From Pseudobacteriovorax sp. (GTDB taxonomy: Bacteria > Bdellovibrionota_B > Oligoflexia > Oligoflexales > Oligoflexaceae): a DNA stretch of 17,771 nt. Below are positions 16,804-17,771 of the stretch, in pieces; the stretch's first letter is position 1, and each line of letters starts with the position of its first letter. The position numbers and the translations under genes were made by a program. Location: contig JBNKNM010000108.1 of assembly GCA_050293845.1 (NCBI GenBank), forward strand, positions 1 to 17,771, read 5' to 3'. The notes under the pieces were generated by a model. It worked only from the letters and a program-made list of their open reading frames with translations, was not told the origin of the DNA and searched no databases.

Positions 16804-17771
16804 TTAAAATCTATTTCTCACCAATATGCCTACATAATATGAGGACTCCTTCATACTATCAGCATCAAGGAAAAAGGAATTATTTTCGTAACGCAGTAAG
16901 CCACCCCATTCTAGCACTCCTTCGATACGCTTAAGAAGGGCGTAACTTTCTAAAGTGTAACCAAAAACACCACTTATGGTTCTCGTGTTTCCTGATAATC
17001 CAGCTTGTCCAAAACCTAGTATGCGTAATTTTAGGGAGCCTTCAATTTCAATGGTCTGGGCATTATCGATATGATGATATCTGCCCAAAAAGCGGAAAAT
17101 GCCTCCGAGAAAGATACCATCATAGCCACCAAAGGACTCGCTAACAACCTGTGATGTATTTAGTTCTGTAAATGCACCGAACTCTATAGCATCCAAAAAA
17201 GGCATCAACACACTATGTTGTGGTGATCTTATCGTATAGGATGCATTAACTCCCAGGTTGAAATAATTACCTTTGTTTGTAGAGCCGATTCCTATATTTG
17301 TGCCAAGACGCATAAATTGCTGCTGATCAAAGGGTATTTCCCCCCAACCTTCGAAATGGTTTAGCAGCCAGAATGGGAATTTAGAAGTGGCAGGTGCCGA
17401 ACCTGTAATGCTCCATCCTCGATAACCAGTAGTACCATATATCGATTTGAAATACTGTGCTAGAAACTGGCTGCTGTTTTCAAAAAAGCCAGGCTGATCA
17501 TCTTCCTCAGGACTCGCTTCTTCATTAGGGATAGGTTGCGGTACGGGTTTTGGTTCTTTTTCCTCCATGGTAGGACGGGGTGGTTTTGGTTGCTGTTTTT
17601 CCACCTTGGGTAAAGGCTCTGTTTTCGGAAGAGGTGGCTCTTTCTGAGGCGTATCATGATCATTTTCTTTAAAGGGTTTAATTTCTACAAATCGTTTACC
17701 AAGCTCAACTTCAGGACTTTCGTTTCGAGCAATATTGCGAAATAATCGTCGCGAATCAATTTTGTTAACTT
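16804..17771 (-). CDS. Partial gene (5' end outside the window): Pro-rich linker plus probable outer-membrane beta-barrel-like domain
   Basis: The frame stays open upstream of 17604 to the window edge (VNKIDSRRLFRNIARNESPEVELGKRFVEIKPFKENDHDTPQKEPPLPKTEPLPKV...). The C-terminal part has alternating aromatic/Gly strands and ends YYVGILVRNRF with a terminal Phe. Confidence 0.65.
   Translation of the reverse strand, partial: VNKIDSRRLFRNIARNESPEVELGKRFVEIKPFKENDHDTPQKEPPLPKTEPLPKVEKQQPKPPRPTMEEKEPKPVPQPIPNEEASPEEDDQPGFFENSSQFLAQYFKSIYGTTGYRGWSITGSAPATSKFPFWLLNHFEGWGEIPFDQQQFMRLGTNIGIGSTNKGNYFNLGVNASYTIRSPQHSVLMPFLDAIEFGAFTELNTSQVVSESFGGYDGIFLGGIFRFLGRYHHIDNAQTIEIEGSLKLRILGFGQAGLSGNTRTISGVFGYTLESYALLKRIEGVLEWGGLLRYENNSFFLDADSMKESSYYVGILVRNRF

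Noticed and set aside
416..17663. Short ORFs overlapping assigned genes (416-622, 1643-1876, 2914-3165, 4362-4856, 4681-4950, 6804-6998, 8783-9022, 9140-9391, 10258-10449, 10727-10975, 11374-11556, 11402-11662, 12360-12719, 13248-13496, 13273-13587, 14773-14970, 15005-15253, 15630-15845, 17460-17663)
   Set aside because: Antisense or off-frame shadows of better-supported genes, with no motifs of their own.

Overview
An AT-rich bacterial chromosomal segment with about 16 genes. The gene content (RCC1-repeat lipoprotein, several secreted unknowns, a Pro-rich beta-barrel-like protein) is loosely suggestive of Bdellovibrionota/Oligoflexia, but that is inference only. The core is a nucleotide-metabolism block: ung, a VC0807-like membrane protein, then class Ia ribonucleotide reductase nrdA-nrdB. 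The nrdA upstream region carries four consensus DnaA boxes, two tandem NrdR-like boxes overlapping a sigma70 promoter, and a ~310-nt leader. Around this lie an acidic lipoprotein, a divergent VOC enzyme / XRE-cupin regulator pair (the regulator is split by a 1-nt frameshift), a stand-alone GAF protein, a sterol-desaturase-family protein, an RCC1-repeat lipoprotein, a response regulator, a GNAT-nitrilase fusion, a secreted HEXXH metallopeptidase-like protein, a GH5 beta-mannanase and two exported unknowns. The most unusual non-coding element is a GC-rich island (911-1095) with two direct-repeat hairpins that show compensatory stem changes and resemble IS200/IS605 (IscB/TnpB-type) ends, with no transposase or nuclease in the window. 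No CRISPR array, rRNA, tRNA or complete novel multi-gene system could be supported.
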